Shown: positions 10,416 through 21,678, counted from the stretch's first letter. The stretch is DNA of 64,000 nt from Candidatus Poribacteria bacterium (GCA_965215265.1 OZ244048.1:4000001-4064000), one strand, 5' to 3'. Translations and numbers: made by a program. The notes: a model not told the origin generated them from the sequence alone.

Positions 10416-11756
10416 TCACTCGTCTGAGGGAGATGGCGGTTGCTTGTCTTGCCGCTTTGGTTGCCGACGGGATACGGCGCGGCGCTTTAACTCGTGCGCA
10501 ATCTGCCGCGCCAACCGTGGGTTTTCCACTTGCAATCGCTTGAGTCCCTCATCCGGCCCATACTTCTTGAGTGTCTGATACGCGTCGGAGAATTCCGCCT
10601 CAATTTCTTTGCGGCTCATGCTTTCCGAGGTGTCTGCCTCGCCATCTAAAAACTTCGCATACTCTGGAAATTCGTCGCGGATGAACTGTTCAAACACGTA
10701 CAACTCCTGAGTTGTCATGTTCTCAAAGAGGGTTTGGATCTCCGCCCACTCTGCATCACTTATTCCACCGGATGTTTCTGCTGAGGGCATGTTATCTGTC
10801 CCGGCCGCTGGATCCGTCTCGGTTGAGAACCTTGTCTCGGTGTCCAGAGCAGAGCCTGTGAACGTTTCGTCAGGTCCTTCTAATTCCGTCTGTCGGGTTT
10901 CACGAACAAGCGGTGGGATGTAGGGTTCCCCGGATTCGATGCCGTGGAGATGTGCCTGTGCAACGATGTCATTCTCTGGTCGTGCTTTTAGGACTTCTAA
11001 CGCTTTGTCGTAGTTTCCTATCCTTTGGTATGCAAAGCCCAAATAGGCATTTGCGAGGCCGGGATCCTGCTGTTTTGCCTTTTCAAGGTGTTCAATGGCT
11101 TCTTCGGGTTGAAACCAATAAATTGTTTCTGCGAGTCCAACCAATGCTGAAAGCGAATTGGGATTTATTTCCAGCAGTTTGCGAAAACCTGCCTCCCGTT
11201 CAGGATTGTGGGCATTCCTCTTGTACGGCAAAAGGTTGGTATATAGGAGGAGCGTGTCAAAGTCATTTGGGTTCTCTGAGAGTGCCTGTGCGGCAAACCT
11301 GCGAATGTAGGGCTCGGTATTGGCACCATAGTGATTGTCATACAAATACTTCGCAGCGGTGAAGGCATCCATTCCCGCAGTGAGGGCTTCAATCCGCTCT
11401 TCTTCCTGCCGTAACCACTCTTTTTTCTGCTCCGCCTCGCTCGGTAGCTGGGAGGCGGGTGGCATCGGCGGTGGGAACTGAGAGGGCGAGAGTTGGCCAG
11501 GCGGTGGTGACACAGACAGCCTCTTTACACCTATTTCGACGGGGTTCTGCACACTAAGTGCCTCTTGTGGCGCGCCCTCAGCGGGGATGCCTTCTGCTGG
11601 TGTAGCTTCCTGCGGAGCAGAGACTTTGGAAACCTGTTCAGATGGCACGGAAGGTGATGTTCTACGCCGTGTGTGAATGAACAGTATGCCGACACCGAAA
11701 AAGATGCAGAGCAGGACAAATGCCAGAATGTGTCGAGTGTTCAGTTGGTTACGCAT
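10416..11756 (-). CDS. Membrane-anchored TPR protein (Pro-rich linker, TPR block, acidic C-terminal region), full copy
   Basis: N-terminal TM helix and TPR-like helices; AAGGAG SD; starts 14 nt after the upstream peptidase-like gene. Confidence 0.8.
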   Translation of the reverse strand: MRNQLNTRHILAFVLLCIFFGVGILFIHTRRRTSPSVPSEQVSKVSAPQEATPAEGIPAEGAPQEALSVQNPVEIGVKRLSVSPPPGQLSPSQFPPPMPPASQLPSEAEQKKEWLRQEEERIEALTAGMDAFTAAKYLYDNHYGANTEPYIRRFAAQALSENPNDFDTLLLYTNLLPYKRNAHNPEREAGFRKLLEINPNSLSALVGLAETIYWFQPEEAIEHLEKAKQQDPGLANAYLGFAYQRIGNYDKALEVLKARPENDIVAQAHLHGIESGEPYIPPLVRETRQTELEGPDETFTGSALDTETRFSTETDPAAGTDNMPSAETSGGISDAEWAEIQTLFENMTTQELYVFEQFIRDEFPEYAKFLDGEADTSESMSRKEIEAEFSDAYQTLKKYGPDEGLKRLQVENPRLARQIAHELKRRAVSRRQPKRQDKQPPSPSDE

Positions 11757-11770
11757 CGGTAGACTCCTTT

Positions 11771-13129
11771 CTAATGCGGATACAGGTTGTATTCCGGGTT
11801 GTGGTAAGGGGGCAAGTCGTTTCCGCTGCTAATGAGCGGCATCAAAGAAGAAGATACCATTATACTGGAATTCCAGACAGCATTCGTTACAGGTGTTTGA
11901 GACGTGATGTCGTTAACGGAAAGGTGATGAAGGACTTCATGCCCAATGACGTTGGCGATTCTGTCTGAAATCGTAGAAGGGCTTGAATTTAGAGGCAAGT
12001 CATCAGGGATAATTTGGGTGAAGATGACTGCCTCTGTCATTGCCGCTGGTGCATTCGGGGCAGTATAAGTACCTCTCGGTGTTGCCCATCCTGCGACCTT
12101 CGCATCTGTGCCAAATTGCCTATCGAATTCTGGCTTCAATATGCTATAGGGTCGCCTATCCGCTCTCACATAAATGGCTCTTTGATACAGCCGTGTCCCA
12201 TCACTTTGAAGCACTCGATTTTCTTCACGGGCATTCGGAGTTATTTCGTTGAAGCGAGTCAACTCATCTATCCGAATGAGCCAAACGCTGAAGGCGTTTT
12301 CACTTCCGGTAATGCTCTCCAAGCTGCTGGCATACCCGTAACCCTCTGAGAGTTCGCTATAGACAAAGACATCCTTGACCGTTGGGTTGAGACGTTTGGG
12401 ATCTCCGTTGATAACAAATCCTCGGTATTCTTCCCAATATGATAAACCGTCACCATTGTGCGTGTTGCCAGAGGGCCCACTTTCGTTATCGGTAATGTTT
12501 CCTGCGATGTTGCGTGCGGAATCGGGGTATAATGCGTCGTATGCATCGGCAATGTAATTGGCAGGGGTTCTTCCAGTGGTGGTGACATCCCATGGGATAG
12601 GCAGGATATACGGGGTTTTCCGATACAGTGTTGCAATGAGCACCCCGTAGGCGGCTGCATCGTTGCAACGGACAAAAATACGAACGGGGCCCTGTATCGC
12701 GTTGTTCCACCTCACGGTGAGCGACTCTCCACCCCCTTCCCATCTGAGTCCAGGGGTAAGATTATTCGCCACATGCTCTGCCCGCGTCGCAAACGCAAGG
12801 TCCGGTGCCCAAATACTGTCTATCTCCTTCTGCGTGTTCATGAATACTCTTGGGTAGTTCGTGACGAAGCTAAGGGACACTGTGAGATGTGAACTTTGCT
12901 GGTCATTTTCACTAGCATTCAGCACGGTGAATTGGAACAGCAGTACATCCCCTTTGGCGGTATCTGTGTAGGGTGTATAATTGGTATAACCGTTATTCGT
13001 CCCATGTTTGGAATACCAAGTTACCGATAATCCAGTAGTGTTGGTTTGTGCGGTAGTTATGGGTATGAGCAGGATGCACAGGAACAAGGCACAAAGTATT
13101 AGCAGAGATGTGTATCTCACTTTTATCAT
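11771..13129 (-). CDS. Secreted protein with HExxH motif (putative zinc metallopeptidase)
   Basis: Signal peptide after MIKVRY; DGLSYWEEYRGF...PTVKDVFV segment; VIGHEVLHH near the C-terminus. Confidence 0.65.
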   Translation of the reverse strand: MIKVRYTSLLILCALFLCILLIPITTAQTNTTGLSVTWYSKHGTNNGYTNYTPYTDTAKGDVLLFQFTVLNASENDQQSSHLTVSLSFVTNYPRVFMNTQKEIDSIWAPDLAFATRAEHVANNLTPGLRWEGGGESLTVRWNNAIQGPVRIFVRCNDAAAYGVLIATLYRKTPYILPIPWDVTTTGRTPANYIADAYDALYPDSARNIAGNITDNESGPSGNTHNGDGLSYWEEYRGFVINGDPKRLNPTVKDVFVYSELSEGYGYASSLESITGSENAFSVWLIRIDELTRFNEITPNAREENRVLQSDGTRLYQRAIYVRADRRPYSILKPEFDRQFGTDAKVAGWATPRGTYTAPNAPAAMTEAVIFTQIIPDDLPLNSSPSTISDRIANVIGHEVLHHLSVNDITSQTPVTNAVWNSSIMVSSSLMPLISSGNDLPPYHNPEYNLYPH

Positions 13130-13221
13130 CTTCTGAATTCCTCTTGTGTTGTTAATGCCTAATTCTATAACCGAATAAAAAATTGTCAAGCAGAAAAGAC
13201 GTTTCTTAACAAGTTAGCACC

Positions 13222-13250
13222 AGTTTATCAGAATGCGTCCTTTTTGTCAA
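13222..13250 (-). promoter_or_regulatory. Sigma70-type promoter (second copy at 14353-14381)
   Basis: TTGACA-17 nt-TAAACT with an extended -10 TG, present in both duplicated upstream regions. Confidence 0.55.
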
Positions 13251-13357
13251 GTGAAAAAAGTAAAAAACAGAGCCATTTCGTTTTTATTTACTCTGATAAG
13301 CCCTAACACTTTTCCTAAAGAGAAGGCATTGCGATAATCTGGCACTTGTGCTAACAT

Positions 13358-14227
13358 TTAATTCTGTCGGGTTTCACGAACAAGCGGTGGGATGTAGGGT
13401 TCCCCGGATTCGATGGCGTGGAGATGCGTTTGTCCAATGATACCTTGTGGCATTTCTTTGAGGACTTCTAACGCTTTGTCGTAGTCTCCAGCCCTTTGGT
13501 ATGCAAAGCCTAAATAGTAATTGGCAAGGTTCGGATCCTGCTGTTTTGCCTTTTCAAGGTAAGAGATAGCTTCTTCGGGTTGCACCCAATAAATTGCTGC
13601 CCCAAGTCCAACCAATGCTGAAAGCGAATTGGGATCTATTTCCAGCAGTTTGCGAAAACCTGCCTCCCGTTCAGGATTGTGGGCATAACTCTTGGATGGC
13701 TGGAGTCGCACCCATAGGAGGAGCGTGTCAAAGTCATTTGGGTTCTCTGAGAGTGCCTGCGCGGCAAACCTGCGAATGTAGGGCTCGGTATTGGCACCAT
13801 AGTGATTGTCATACAAATACTTCGCGGCGGTGAAGGCATCCATTCCTGCAGTGAGGGCTTCAATCCGCTCTTCTTCCTGTCGTAACCACTCTTTTTTCTG
13901 CTCCGCCTCGCTCGGTAGCTGGGAGGCGGGTGGCATCGGCGGTGGGAACTGAGAGGGCGAGAGTTGGCCAGGCGGTGGTGACACAGACAGCCTCTTTACA
14001 CCTATTTCGACGGGGTTCTGCACACTAAGTGCCCCTTGTGGCGGGCCCTCAGCAGGGATGCCTTCTGCTGGTGTAGTTTCCTGCGGAGCAGAGACTTTGG
14101 AAGCCTGTTCAGATTGCACGGAAGGTGATGTTCTACGCCGCGTCTGAATGAACAGTATGCCGACACCGAGAAAGATGCAGAGCAGGACAAATGCCAGAAT
14201 ATGTCGAGTGTTCAGTTGGTTACGCAT
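13358..14227 (-). CDS. Membrane-anchored TPR protein, C-terminally truncated paralog of 10416-11756
   Basis: Near-identical N-terminal half; ends PLVRETRQN* at the duplication junction. Confidence 0.75.
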   Translation of the reverse strand: MRNQLNTRHILAFVLLCIFLGVGILFIQTRRRTSPSVQSEQASKVSAPQETTPAEGIPAEGPPQGALSVQNPVEIGVKRLSVSPPPGQLSPSQFPPPMPPASQLPSEAEQKKEWLRQEEERIEALTAGMDAFTAAKYLYDNHYGANTEPYIRRFAAQALSENPNDFDTLLLWVRLQPSKSYAHNPEREAGFRKLLEIDPNSLSALVGLGAAIYWVQPEEAISYLEKAKQQDPNLANYYLGFAYQRAGDYDKALEVLKEMPQGIIGQTHLHAIESGEPYIPPLVRETRQN

Positions 14228-14241
14228 CGGTAGACTCCTTT

Positions 14242-14316
14242 CTAATGCGGATACAGGTTGTATTCCGGGTTGTGGTAAGGGGCAAGTCGTTTCCGGTGCT
14301 AATGAGTGGCATCAAA
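14242..14316 (-). pseudogene. 3' remnant (~75 bp) of the secreted HExxH gene
   Basis: Matches 11771-11846 with one G missing; fused directly to the duplicated promoter region. Confidence 0.75.
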
Positions 14317-14679
14317 TCAAGCAAAAAAGACGTTTCTTAACAAGTTAGCACCAGTTTATCAGAATGCGTCCTTTTTGTCAAGTGAAAAAAGCAAAAACAG
14401 AGCTATTTCGTTTTCATTTACTCTGATAAGCCCTAACACTTTTCCTAAAGAGAAGGCATTGCGATAATCCTGCGCTTGTGCTAACATTTAATAAAGTGAG
14501 TGCGGAGCGGTGGTTTTCGTCATATAATAAAGCCGATTATTACGGGTACACTGTTTGCACACACAGGAAACCTGACTTCCACTTTTGTGGGGGTAGGCGA
14601 GTCGCAGAGATGCCGGCTCGATTCCAGTGGAATAGAAGAAACAAAGAAAAAACTGTAAAGATAACTTGGTATAACCTCC

Positions 14680-16935
14680 ATGCAACCACCAATGGAACAA
14701 CACCTGACTCTCCCTATAACGGGGATGCACTGTGAAAACTGCGCAGCCCTCATCACGCGGAATCTCAAACAGCTGGACGGCATCCTTGACGCAGCGGTTA
14801 GCATCGCCACGGAACAAGCAGCTGTCACCTTTGATACCGATGTGCTCAGTGAAGCGGCCATTGTGGACAAAATTCGTTCACTCGGTTTTGACGTTGTCAA
14901 GACAGATGCACACGCAACTGCACAGGCGGAAGAATTCCTCCGCCAAAAGTTACAATTTCGCGTCGGCTTGTTCTTCACGCTGCCGCTCTTTCTGCTCAGC
15001 ATGGGCAGAGATTTTAACATCGTCGGGATGTGGGCACACGCCACATGGGTGAACTGGCTAATGTTCGGTTTGGCACTGCCGGTGCAGTTTTACGTCGGGT
15101 GGGACTACTATGTCGGGGGCGCGAAAGCGTTACGAAACCGAGCTGCAAACATGGATGTGCTAGTAGCGATGGGCTCCTCTGTAGCATTTTTTTATAGCGT
15201 CTTGCTAACAATCGCCCTTACACTCAATTATTTACACCTCGGCTCCCATGTCTATTTTGAAACCGCCGCGGTCATCATTACCCTCATTAAATTGGGGAAG
15301 CTGCTGGAGGCACGTGCCAAAGCCCAAACCAACGCGGCCCTCAAAAAAATGCTCACGCTCTCTCCCAAAACGGCATCTCTGCTAAAAAATGGCAAGGAAC
15401 AGCAGCTCGCAATTGAGCAGGTTGTGGTTGGCGATGTACTGCTCGTCCGCCCCGGGGAAAGTATCCCCGTTGATGGTATCGTGTTAGAAGGTAACAGTGC
15501 GGTGGACGAGAGTGTCTTCACCGGGGAAAGTCTACCAATCGAAAAGACAGTAGGAATGGAGGTAACAGCCGCAACGATTAACCAGACCGGTCTGCTCACG
15601 ATTGAGGCGACACGCGTCGGTTCAGAAACCGCACTGGCACGGCTGGTCCAGTTGGTAGAAGAGACGCAGCGCAGCAAAGCACCTATCCAACGCACCGTTG
15701 ATGCCGTCGCGAACGTGTTCGTGCCGACAGTCATCGGCATTGCGCTTTTAACGTTTCTGGCCTGGTTGTTCTTTGTCGGGGACGGATTCACACCCGCGAT
15801 GCTCCGCTTGGTATCAGTCCTAGTCATTGCGTGCCCGTGTGCCTTGGGACTTGCCACGCCCACCGCCGTTATGGTTGGCACAGGCATCGGCGCGCAACGT
15901 GGAATTCTCTTCAGAAACACCGAATCCCTTGAACGCGCTGGCGCTGTCTCCACCTTCGTATTTGATAAAACAGGGACCTTAACACGTGGAGAACTCACGC
16001 TCACAGACATCATTGTCAAGGATGGAAACACCGAACGGCTCCTTCAACTCGCTGCTGCTGCCGAGCACGGCAGTGAACATCCCATTGGAAGGGCAATTGT
16101 CCGCGCCGCTGAAGCCGCCGGCCTTTCCCATAGACTAGAAAATAAGGCACCTACTGCATTTACCGCCATCGCCGGGCACGGCATCGTCGCACAACTCGGT
16201 AAAACCGAGGTCGTTGTCGGAAACCGCGCCTTAATGCAACAGCACAGGATACAGACCGAGGCGTTTGAGCAACAAGCCGCGCAGCTGCAAGCAGCGGCGA
16301 AAACGGTACTGTGGGTTGCTGTTGATGGACAGGCTGACGGACTCTTGGCAGTTGCAGACGTTCTGAAGCCTGAGGCAACCGATGCCGTTACCGAACTCCG
16401 AAAACTCGGAGGCAACGTGACAATGATGACAGGCGATAACCGCATCACTGCCACCGCCATTGCAAAGCAAGCCGGAATTCACGATGTTATGGCAGAGCTA
16501 ATGCCGGCCGATAAAGCTGCCTTTGTCCAGAAACGACAAGCCGCAACCCACGGACTTGTCGCCATGGTCGGCGACGGTATTAACGATGCCCCAGCCCTCG
16601 CACAAGCCGATGTCGGCATCGCACTCGGCACAGGAACGGATATCGCGATGGAAACCGCAGACCTGACGTTGATGCACGGAGAACTAGACACAATTCCCGA
16701 CGCAATGCGGTTAAGCCGTGCTACCGTCCGAACCATTCGCCAGAATCTCTTCTGGGCGTTTTTCTATAATGTGTTATTAATCCCTATTGCAGCAGGGGCA
16801 CTGTATCCACTCTCCTTCCTACCGGCGATCCTCCGCGAATTGCATCCGATGCTCGCAGCCTTGGCAATGGCATTCAGTAGTGTATCTGTTGTACTGAATA
16901 GCCTTCGGTTGCAATGGCGAGTCAAAATAAAATAG
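14680..16935 (+). CDS. copA: Copper-translocating P1B-type ATPase
   Basis: GMHCENC metal-binding domain, [24 protein letters not shown] and MAFSS motifs. Confidence 0.93.
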   Translation: MQPPMEQHLTLPITGMHCENCAALITRNLKQLDGILDAAVSIATEQAAVTFDTDVLSEAAIVDKIRSLGFDVVKTDAHATAQAEEFLRQKLQFRVGLFFTLPLFLLSMGRDFNIVGMWAHATWVNWLMFGLALPVQFYVGWDYYVGGAKALRNRAANMDVLVAMGSSVAFFYSVLLTIALTLNYLHLGSHVYFETAAVIITLIKLGKLLEARAKAQTNAALKKMLTLSPKTASLLKNGKEQQLAIEQVVVGDVLLVRPGESIPVDGIVLEGNSAVDESVFTGESLPIEKTVGMEVTAATINQTGLLTIEATRVGSETALARLVQLVEETQRSKAPIQRTVDAVANVFVPTVIGIALLTFLAWLFFVGDGFTPAMLRLVSVLVIACPCALGLATPTAVMVGTGIGAQRGILFRNTESLERAGAVSTFVFDKTGTLTRGELTLTDIIVKDGNTERLLQLAAAAEHGSEHPIGRAIVRAAEAAGLSHRLENKAPTAFTAIAGHGIVAQLGKTEVVVGNRALMQQHRIQTEAFEQQAAQLQAAAKTVLWVAVDGQADGLLAVADVLKPEATDAVTELRKLGGNVTMMTGDNRITATAIAKQAGIHDVMAELMPADKAAFVQKRQAATHGLVAMVGDGINDAPALAQADVGIALGTGTDIAMETADLTLMHGELDTIPDAMRLSRATVRTIRQNLFWAFFYNVLLIPIAAGALYPLSFLPAILRELHPMLAALAMAFSSVSVVLNSLRLQWRVKIK

Positions 16936-17089
16936 ACAACTAACTTGTTATATGCTATCATATTAACAACGCTTATCAATCGATGCAAAAATCATTTTTT
17001 TTATCTCAATTCCGTAAGCGGAGACAATACCTAACTACAATTTATCAGAGGAACCTGCCCCAAACTTATCTCACACGAGAAACACTAAC

Positions 17090-18728
17090 ATGCCAACCCT
17101 GAACTGGATAGGAAAAGACGCAGTCATCAACCACCACAACGAGGTGCCAATACACACTCTCACTTACAACTCACAACTCTCCAGCGGCACCGCACCTACC
17201 TCGCCCGGCACAGGCAATCTCCTCATTGAAGGCGACAACCTCCTCGCACTCAAAGCACTCCTCCCATACTATGCTGGCAAAGTCAAATGCGTCATCATTG
17301 ACCCGCCCTATAATACCGGCAATGAAAACTGGGTCTACAACGATAACGTCAACAACCCAACCATCCAGAAATGGCTCGGAAAAACAGTGGGGGCTCTCGC
17401 CGCAGATCTCTCTCGACACGATAAGTGGCTCTGCATGATGTACCCACGCCTCTGCCTGCTTCACCAACTCCTCCGAGCAGACGGTGTCATTTTCATTTCA
17501 TTGGACGATAATGAACAACCGAACCTGCGTTTACTGATGAACGAAATTTTTGGCGAGGCGAATTTTGTTGCGACTCTCATCTGGCGCAAAAAAGCAGGCG
17601 GCGGACAAGACACCGAATACTATGCTAGAGAGCATGAATACATCCTCTGCTACCGGAAAAGTGATGCCTATACGATGAAATTCAGAACCGCAGAGAGAAC
17701 GCAAGCGGAATTTCCTAAAATCAAAAACGGGCGAAAATGTAAATTCGTGAAACTCGAAAAATGGGGCTCTGGTTCTTACAAGGAGGACAGGCCGACCCTG
17801 TTTTATCCAATTAAGGATCCTGATGGAAAAGATTTTTTTCCTAAAGCGCCTAATGGAAGGGATGGACGTTGGCGCACCCATCCGGAAGCCTTAGACGAAA
17901 ACCATGTCCATTGGGAAAAAAGAAGCGGGCGTTGGACCCCGTACGAAGTCATCTATTTTGACGAGACACGCGACAAAATCAAAATTGTGAAAGAGCGGAC
18001 TATCTATTATGACATCGCGACGACAACGGATGCCACAAACGAGCAAAAAGCGATTTTTGGAAAAAAGGTTTTCGACAATAGCAAACCGCTTGAACTAATA
18101 AAGCGGTTGATACTCTTGTCTACTACCCCTGATTCAATTGTGCTAGACTCCTTCGCCGGGAGCGGCACGACAGGTCATGCTGTCCTCGCCCAAAACCGTG
18201 AAGATGGGGGCAACCGGCAATTTATTTTGGTTGAATTAGACGCGGAAATCGCACGCAAAATCACTGCCTTACGTCTCCAGCGCGTTAGCGAGGGGTACAC
18301 TTTTGAAAGGAAAGGACACCTACAGCATGTATTCGGCACCGGCGGCACTTTTGCCTACTACCACGTCGGCGAAACCTTCTCGGAGAGATCAGAAATTCCT
18401 TTTCATGAGATGGCACAATACCTCTTTTTCAAGGAGACAGGCACCCCAATGGCAGTTGACACCGCACTGTCCCTTGTAGAATCGGAGAGACCGGCATACA
18501 GTTCCTGTACCGCTCATGAAAAACGCGAACGCGCTTTTTTAGGAAGCTCGGACGGTGTCGGCATCTATCTGCTCAACAACGACGAATGTCCTCACTCCGG
18601 CGCTCATAAACCGCTTACCGCGTCATGAGGGCAGCAAGATTATCCATTGCGGTGGCACCGAACTCACGGAGGCTTCCTTAAGGCAGCTCGGCATCATCTT
18701 TCGCCAGATGCCGTACCACCTCGTATAA
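17090..18728 (+). CDS. mod: Type III R-M N6-adenine methyltransferase (Mod); frameshift near 18584, primary frame stops at 18628
   Basis: DPPY and FAGSGTT motifs. A typical Mod tail NVLTPALINRLPRHEGSKIIH...IFRQMPYHLV* continues in another frame, 18585-18728. Confidence 0.85.
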
Positions 18729-18760
18729 GCGCTAGTTATCGCTTTTGAAAAAAAATAGGG

Positions 18761-18789
18761 TTGACCCCGCGGTTTAAATGGCGTATACT
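18761..18789 (+). promoter_or_regulatory. Sigma70-type promoter between mod and res
   Basis: TTGACC-17 nt-TATACT. Confidence 0.6.
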
Positions 18790-18955
18790 ATAAAACAGTT
18801 AGCAAAGTCGATGCATTAATTGTCGGAAAGAAAAGCCTAGAAACACTAAAATCTGACCGAAGGTTTAGTCAGTGCGTGGTCCCATTAGCGGAATACCGCA
18901 ATAGCGATTTTGATAAGTCGAGCAGGAATGTGATAACAGCTCGGAATCAGTAGAC

Positions 18956-19393
18956 ATGCACCCCAAATCAGAAATAGAAGACATCATCATCCATTCAGCA
19001 CCATTCAGCGACTGGCTCGCGTCTATTGTCGACGCAGAGATATTTGCTTCACATGAAAAACTCATTGCGCTGCTCGAGGCGGATAGTTCCCACCAAGTAT
19101 TAGCGCAAGAGTTCCGAGAGTTTTGCAACGGCTACCACAGCCTCGCCTTAGAAAAGGATATTTCACGTTGCGTTGTGGAGATTATAGAGTTATCTATACT
19201 TACGATGAACGTACTCAAACAGTTAGCGTACACAAAATTGGACATCGTCCATCTGTCTATAAACTATAACCCGGGAAACGAAAAATGCACCTTCCACTCA
19301 AAGAATACCAAGAGCGTACCCTGGAAACGCTGGCAACCTACTACCAAACCTGCCTGCAGTATGAGAACCCCAACACTGCATTTTACCATTTAA
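18956..19393 (+). CDS. Hypothetical protein between mod and res (overlaps res by 109 nt)
   Basis: 145-aa ORF, helical and acidic over the first ~105 aa; downstream of a good promoter; weak SD. Confidence 0.4.
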   Translation: MHPKSEIEDIIIHSAPFSDWLASIVDAEIFASHEKLIALLEADSSHQVLAQEFREFCNGYHSLALEKDISRCVVEIIELSILTMNVLKQLAYTKLDIVHLSINYNPGNEKCTFHSKNTKSVPWKRWQPTTKPACSMRTPTLHFTI

Positions 19394-21678
19394 CCCAACG
19401 GCCGTATGCCGGCATTGAAGCCTTACCGGGTATGCCTTACATTTGTCTCCGGCTACCGACAGGTGGCGGTAAAACCTTTGTCGCATGTCACGCTGTCGGT
19501 ATGACTGCATCAGCACTCTTAAAGACCGAGTGTCCGCTTGTGTTGTGGCTCACCCCTTCAAATGCTATACGGGATCAGACGCTGCATGCACTTAAAAATC
19601 CTGAGCATCCATACAGAGATGTTTTTAGAGCTGCAGGGTACAACGTAGAGATACGCACGGTTAGCGAGGCCCTCTATCTACAACCGCATATTCTCAATAC
19701 GAAAACGACTATTATCGTCTCTACGATGCAAGCGTTCCGCGTTGAAGACACCGATGGACGCAAGGTTTACGAGCCCTCAGGCGCACTGATGGGACACTTC
19801 ACACACCTCCCGGGCGAAACCCTCTCGGAGATTGAGCGCGACGAAAGCGGTAAACCTGTCTATTCGCTTGCGAACCTCTTATGTGTCAAGCGCCCCCTCG
19901 TCATCGTTGACGAAGCACACAACGCGCGCACGCAACTCTCTTTTGATACGCTCGCCCGGTTCAACCCCGCCGCAATCATTGAATTCACCGCGACACCCGA
20001 TACAAAGCAAAATCCTTCCAATGTGCTCTACACTGTCTCTGCTGCCGAACTCCAAGCCGAAGACATGATTAAGATGCCGATTCTGTTGGAAACCACACCA
20101 GAATGGAAAACACTCCTCACCGCTGCTATTGCCCAACGTGCAGCACTCGAACTTGATGCAGAAAAGGAACACCAAAAGACTGGCGAATACATACGTCCGA
20201 TCATGCTAATTCAGGCACAGCCACGAAACAAAAACCGAGAAACCTTGACTGTCGAAGTCGTTGAGAAATGTCTGTTTGAAGAACACGATATCCCCGAAGA
20301 GCAGGTGGCACGCGCTACAGGTGAGGACAGAGGACTTGACAACGTCGACCTCAACGATCCAGCGTGTCACATTCGTTATGTTATCACTGTGCAGGCGTTA
20401 CGAGAAGGCTGGGATTGTCCATTTGCGTACGTCCTCTGTTCTGTCGCTGAAATGAAATCCTCCACTGCTGTTGAACAGATATTAGGGCGGATCATGCGTC
20501 TCCCGAAGGCACAGCGCAAAACACAAGAATCACTGAACAGTGCTTATGCTTTCGCCGCCTCTCAGAACTTCTATAATGCCGCATCCGCCTTAGTCGATGG
20601 GCTCGTCCACAACGGGTTTGAGAAGCAGGCAGCTGCGGAACTCATCCGAACTACGGACGATAACCAACCTGTTTTACCGATTTTTAGCGGCATGACACCC
20701 CCGAGCACCGAGCCTGCACCCGCAGAACGCGGCGAAACCTTTAACGTGCCGAAGTTGATGGTCCAAGCTGAACAGGGGCACCTTGACTTTGAGGCATCCC
20801 GTTTTTTACAAACTCCATGGCACTTATCCGAATGCGACGCTGAACTCACTCAAGAGGAGTTTCCAGCTGAATTTAGCACGGGCGAACGCGGCGAAATCGG
20901 GCTCGCTCGCGACGGACGATTAGAGATGCGATTCTTCGGGGAACTCCATCAACAGATGACCCTCCTCGCCACAGATAAAAACTGGGATGCAGCACGACTC
21001 GCCGATTGGCTGGACAGAACTATTAAACATCTGGACATCCTGCGCCGGGAGTCCCTCCCTTTCCTACAGCGGTTAGTCACGCATCTGATTGAAGTACGAA
21101 ATATCCCGATAGAGGAGCTCATCCACAACAAGTACGCCCTCAAAGATGCCGCTGCCGCTAAAATTGATAGCCATCGCCAAACCGCACACCGCGGCACCTA
21201 TCAGAACCTGCTCCTACCCGAATGCGAAACACCGGTCGTTGTCTCACCGGCGCACTGCTTCTCCTTCGACGCACACCGTTATCCCTACAACACGCGTTAT
21301 GCCGGTGCCTATCAATTCCAGAAACATTACTACCCACACGTCGGAGAACTGAAGGCCGAAGGTGAAGAATTCCGATGTGCCCAATTCATTGACACGCTGC
21401 CTCAAATTAAATATTGGGTACGGAACCTTGAACGCCAACCGCTTTCTTCTTTTTGGCTCCAAACCTTAACCGACAAGTTTTACCCTGATTTTGTCTGCCT
21501 CTTAACCGATGGACGCTATTTAGTGGTTGAGTACAAGGGGGAACATCTCTGGTCTGCCGACGATGCCTCCGAGAAACGAGAAATTGGCGAATTATGGGAG
21601 GCACGAAGTAATAGCCAGTGTCTGTTCATCATGCCCAGAGGACCTGATTTTGAAGCCATCCGCACGAAACTCGCATGA
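19285..21678 (+). CDS. res: Type III restriction endonuclease (Res)
   Basis: LKEYQ, PTGGGKT, DEAH, EGWDCP, QILGR and C-terminal YPDF...EYKG nuclease motif. Confidence 0.9.
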   Translation: MHLPLKEYQERTLETLATYYQTCLQYENPNTAFYHLTQRPYAGIEALPGMPYICLRLPTGGGKTFVACHAVGMTASALLKTECPLVLWLTPSNAIRDQTLHALKNPEHPYRDVFRAAGYNVEIRTVSEALYLQPHILNTKTTIIVSTMQAFRVEDTDGRKVYEPSGALMGHFTHLPGETLSEIERDESGKPVYSLANLLCVKRPLVIVDEAHNARTQLSFDTLARFNPAAIIEFTATPDTKQNPSNVLYTVSAAELQAEDMIKMPILLETTPEWKTLLTAAIAQRAALELDAEKEHQKTGEYIRPIMLIQAQPRNKNRETLTVEVVEKCLFEEHDIPEEQVARATGEDRGLDNVDLNDPACHIRYVITVQALREGWDCPFAYVLCSVAEMKSSTAVEQILGRIMRLPKAQRKTQESLNSAYAFAASQNFYNAASALVDGLVHNGFEKQAAAELIRTTDDNQPVLPIFSGMTPPSTEPAPAERGETFNVPKLMVQAEQGHLDFEASRFLQTPWHLSECDAELTQEEFPAEFSTGERGEIGLARDGRLEMRFFGELHQQMTLLATDKNWDAARLADWLDRTIKHLDILRRESLPFLQRLVTHLIEVRNIPIEELIHNKYALKDAAAAKIDSHRQTAHRGTYQNLLLPECETPVVVSPAHCFSFDAHRYPYNTRYAGAYQFQKHYYPHVGELKAEGEEFRCAQFIDTLPQIKYWVRNLERQPLSSFWLQTLTDKFYPDFVCLLTDGRYLVVEYKGEHLWSADDASEKREIGELWEARSNSQCLFIMPRGPDFEAIRTKLA

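Noticed and set aside
13211-13355. CIRCE/HrcA operator (gttagcac ... gtgctaac)
   Set aside because: The half-sites are ~128 bp apart rather than 9 bp, and no chaperone gene is adjacent.
10900-13760. Diversity-generating retroelement TR/VR pair in the TPR paralogs
   Set aside because: Differences are not adenine-specific (e.g. TTG/CAG, CTT/CTC, ACC/GTG) and no reverse transcriptase is present.
15252-16031. Long antisense ORFs (e.g. 259 aa opposite copA) and other shadow ORFs in the track
   Set aside because: They lie opposite or within well-supported genes and are explained by codon bias.
17090-18728. Phase-variable mod (phasevarion)
   Set aside because: No simple-sequence repeat tract in the gene or at the frameshift.
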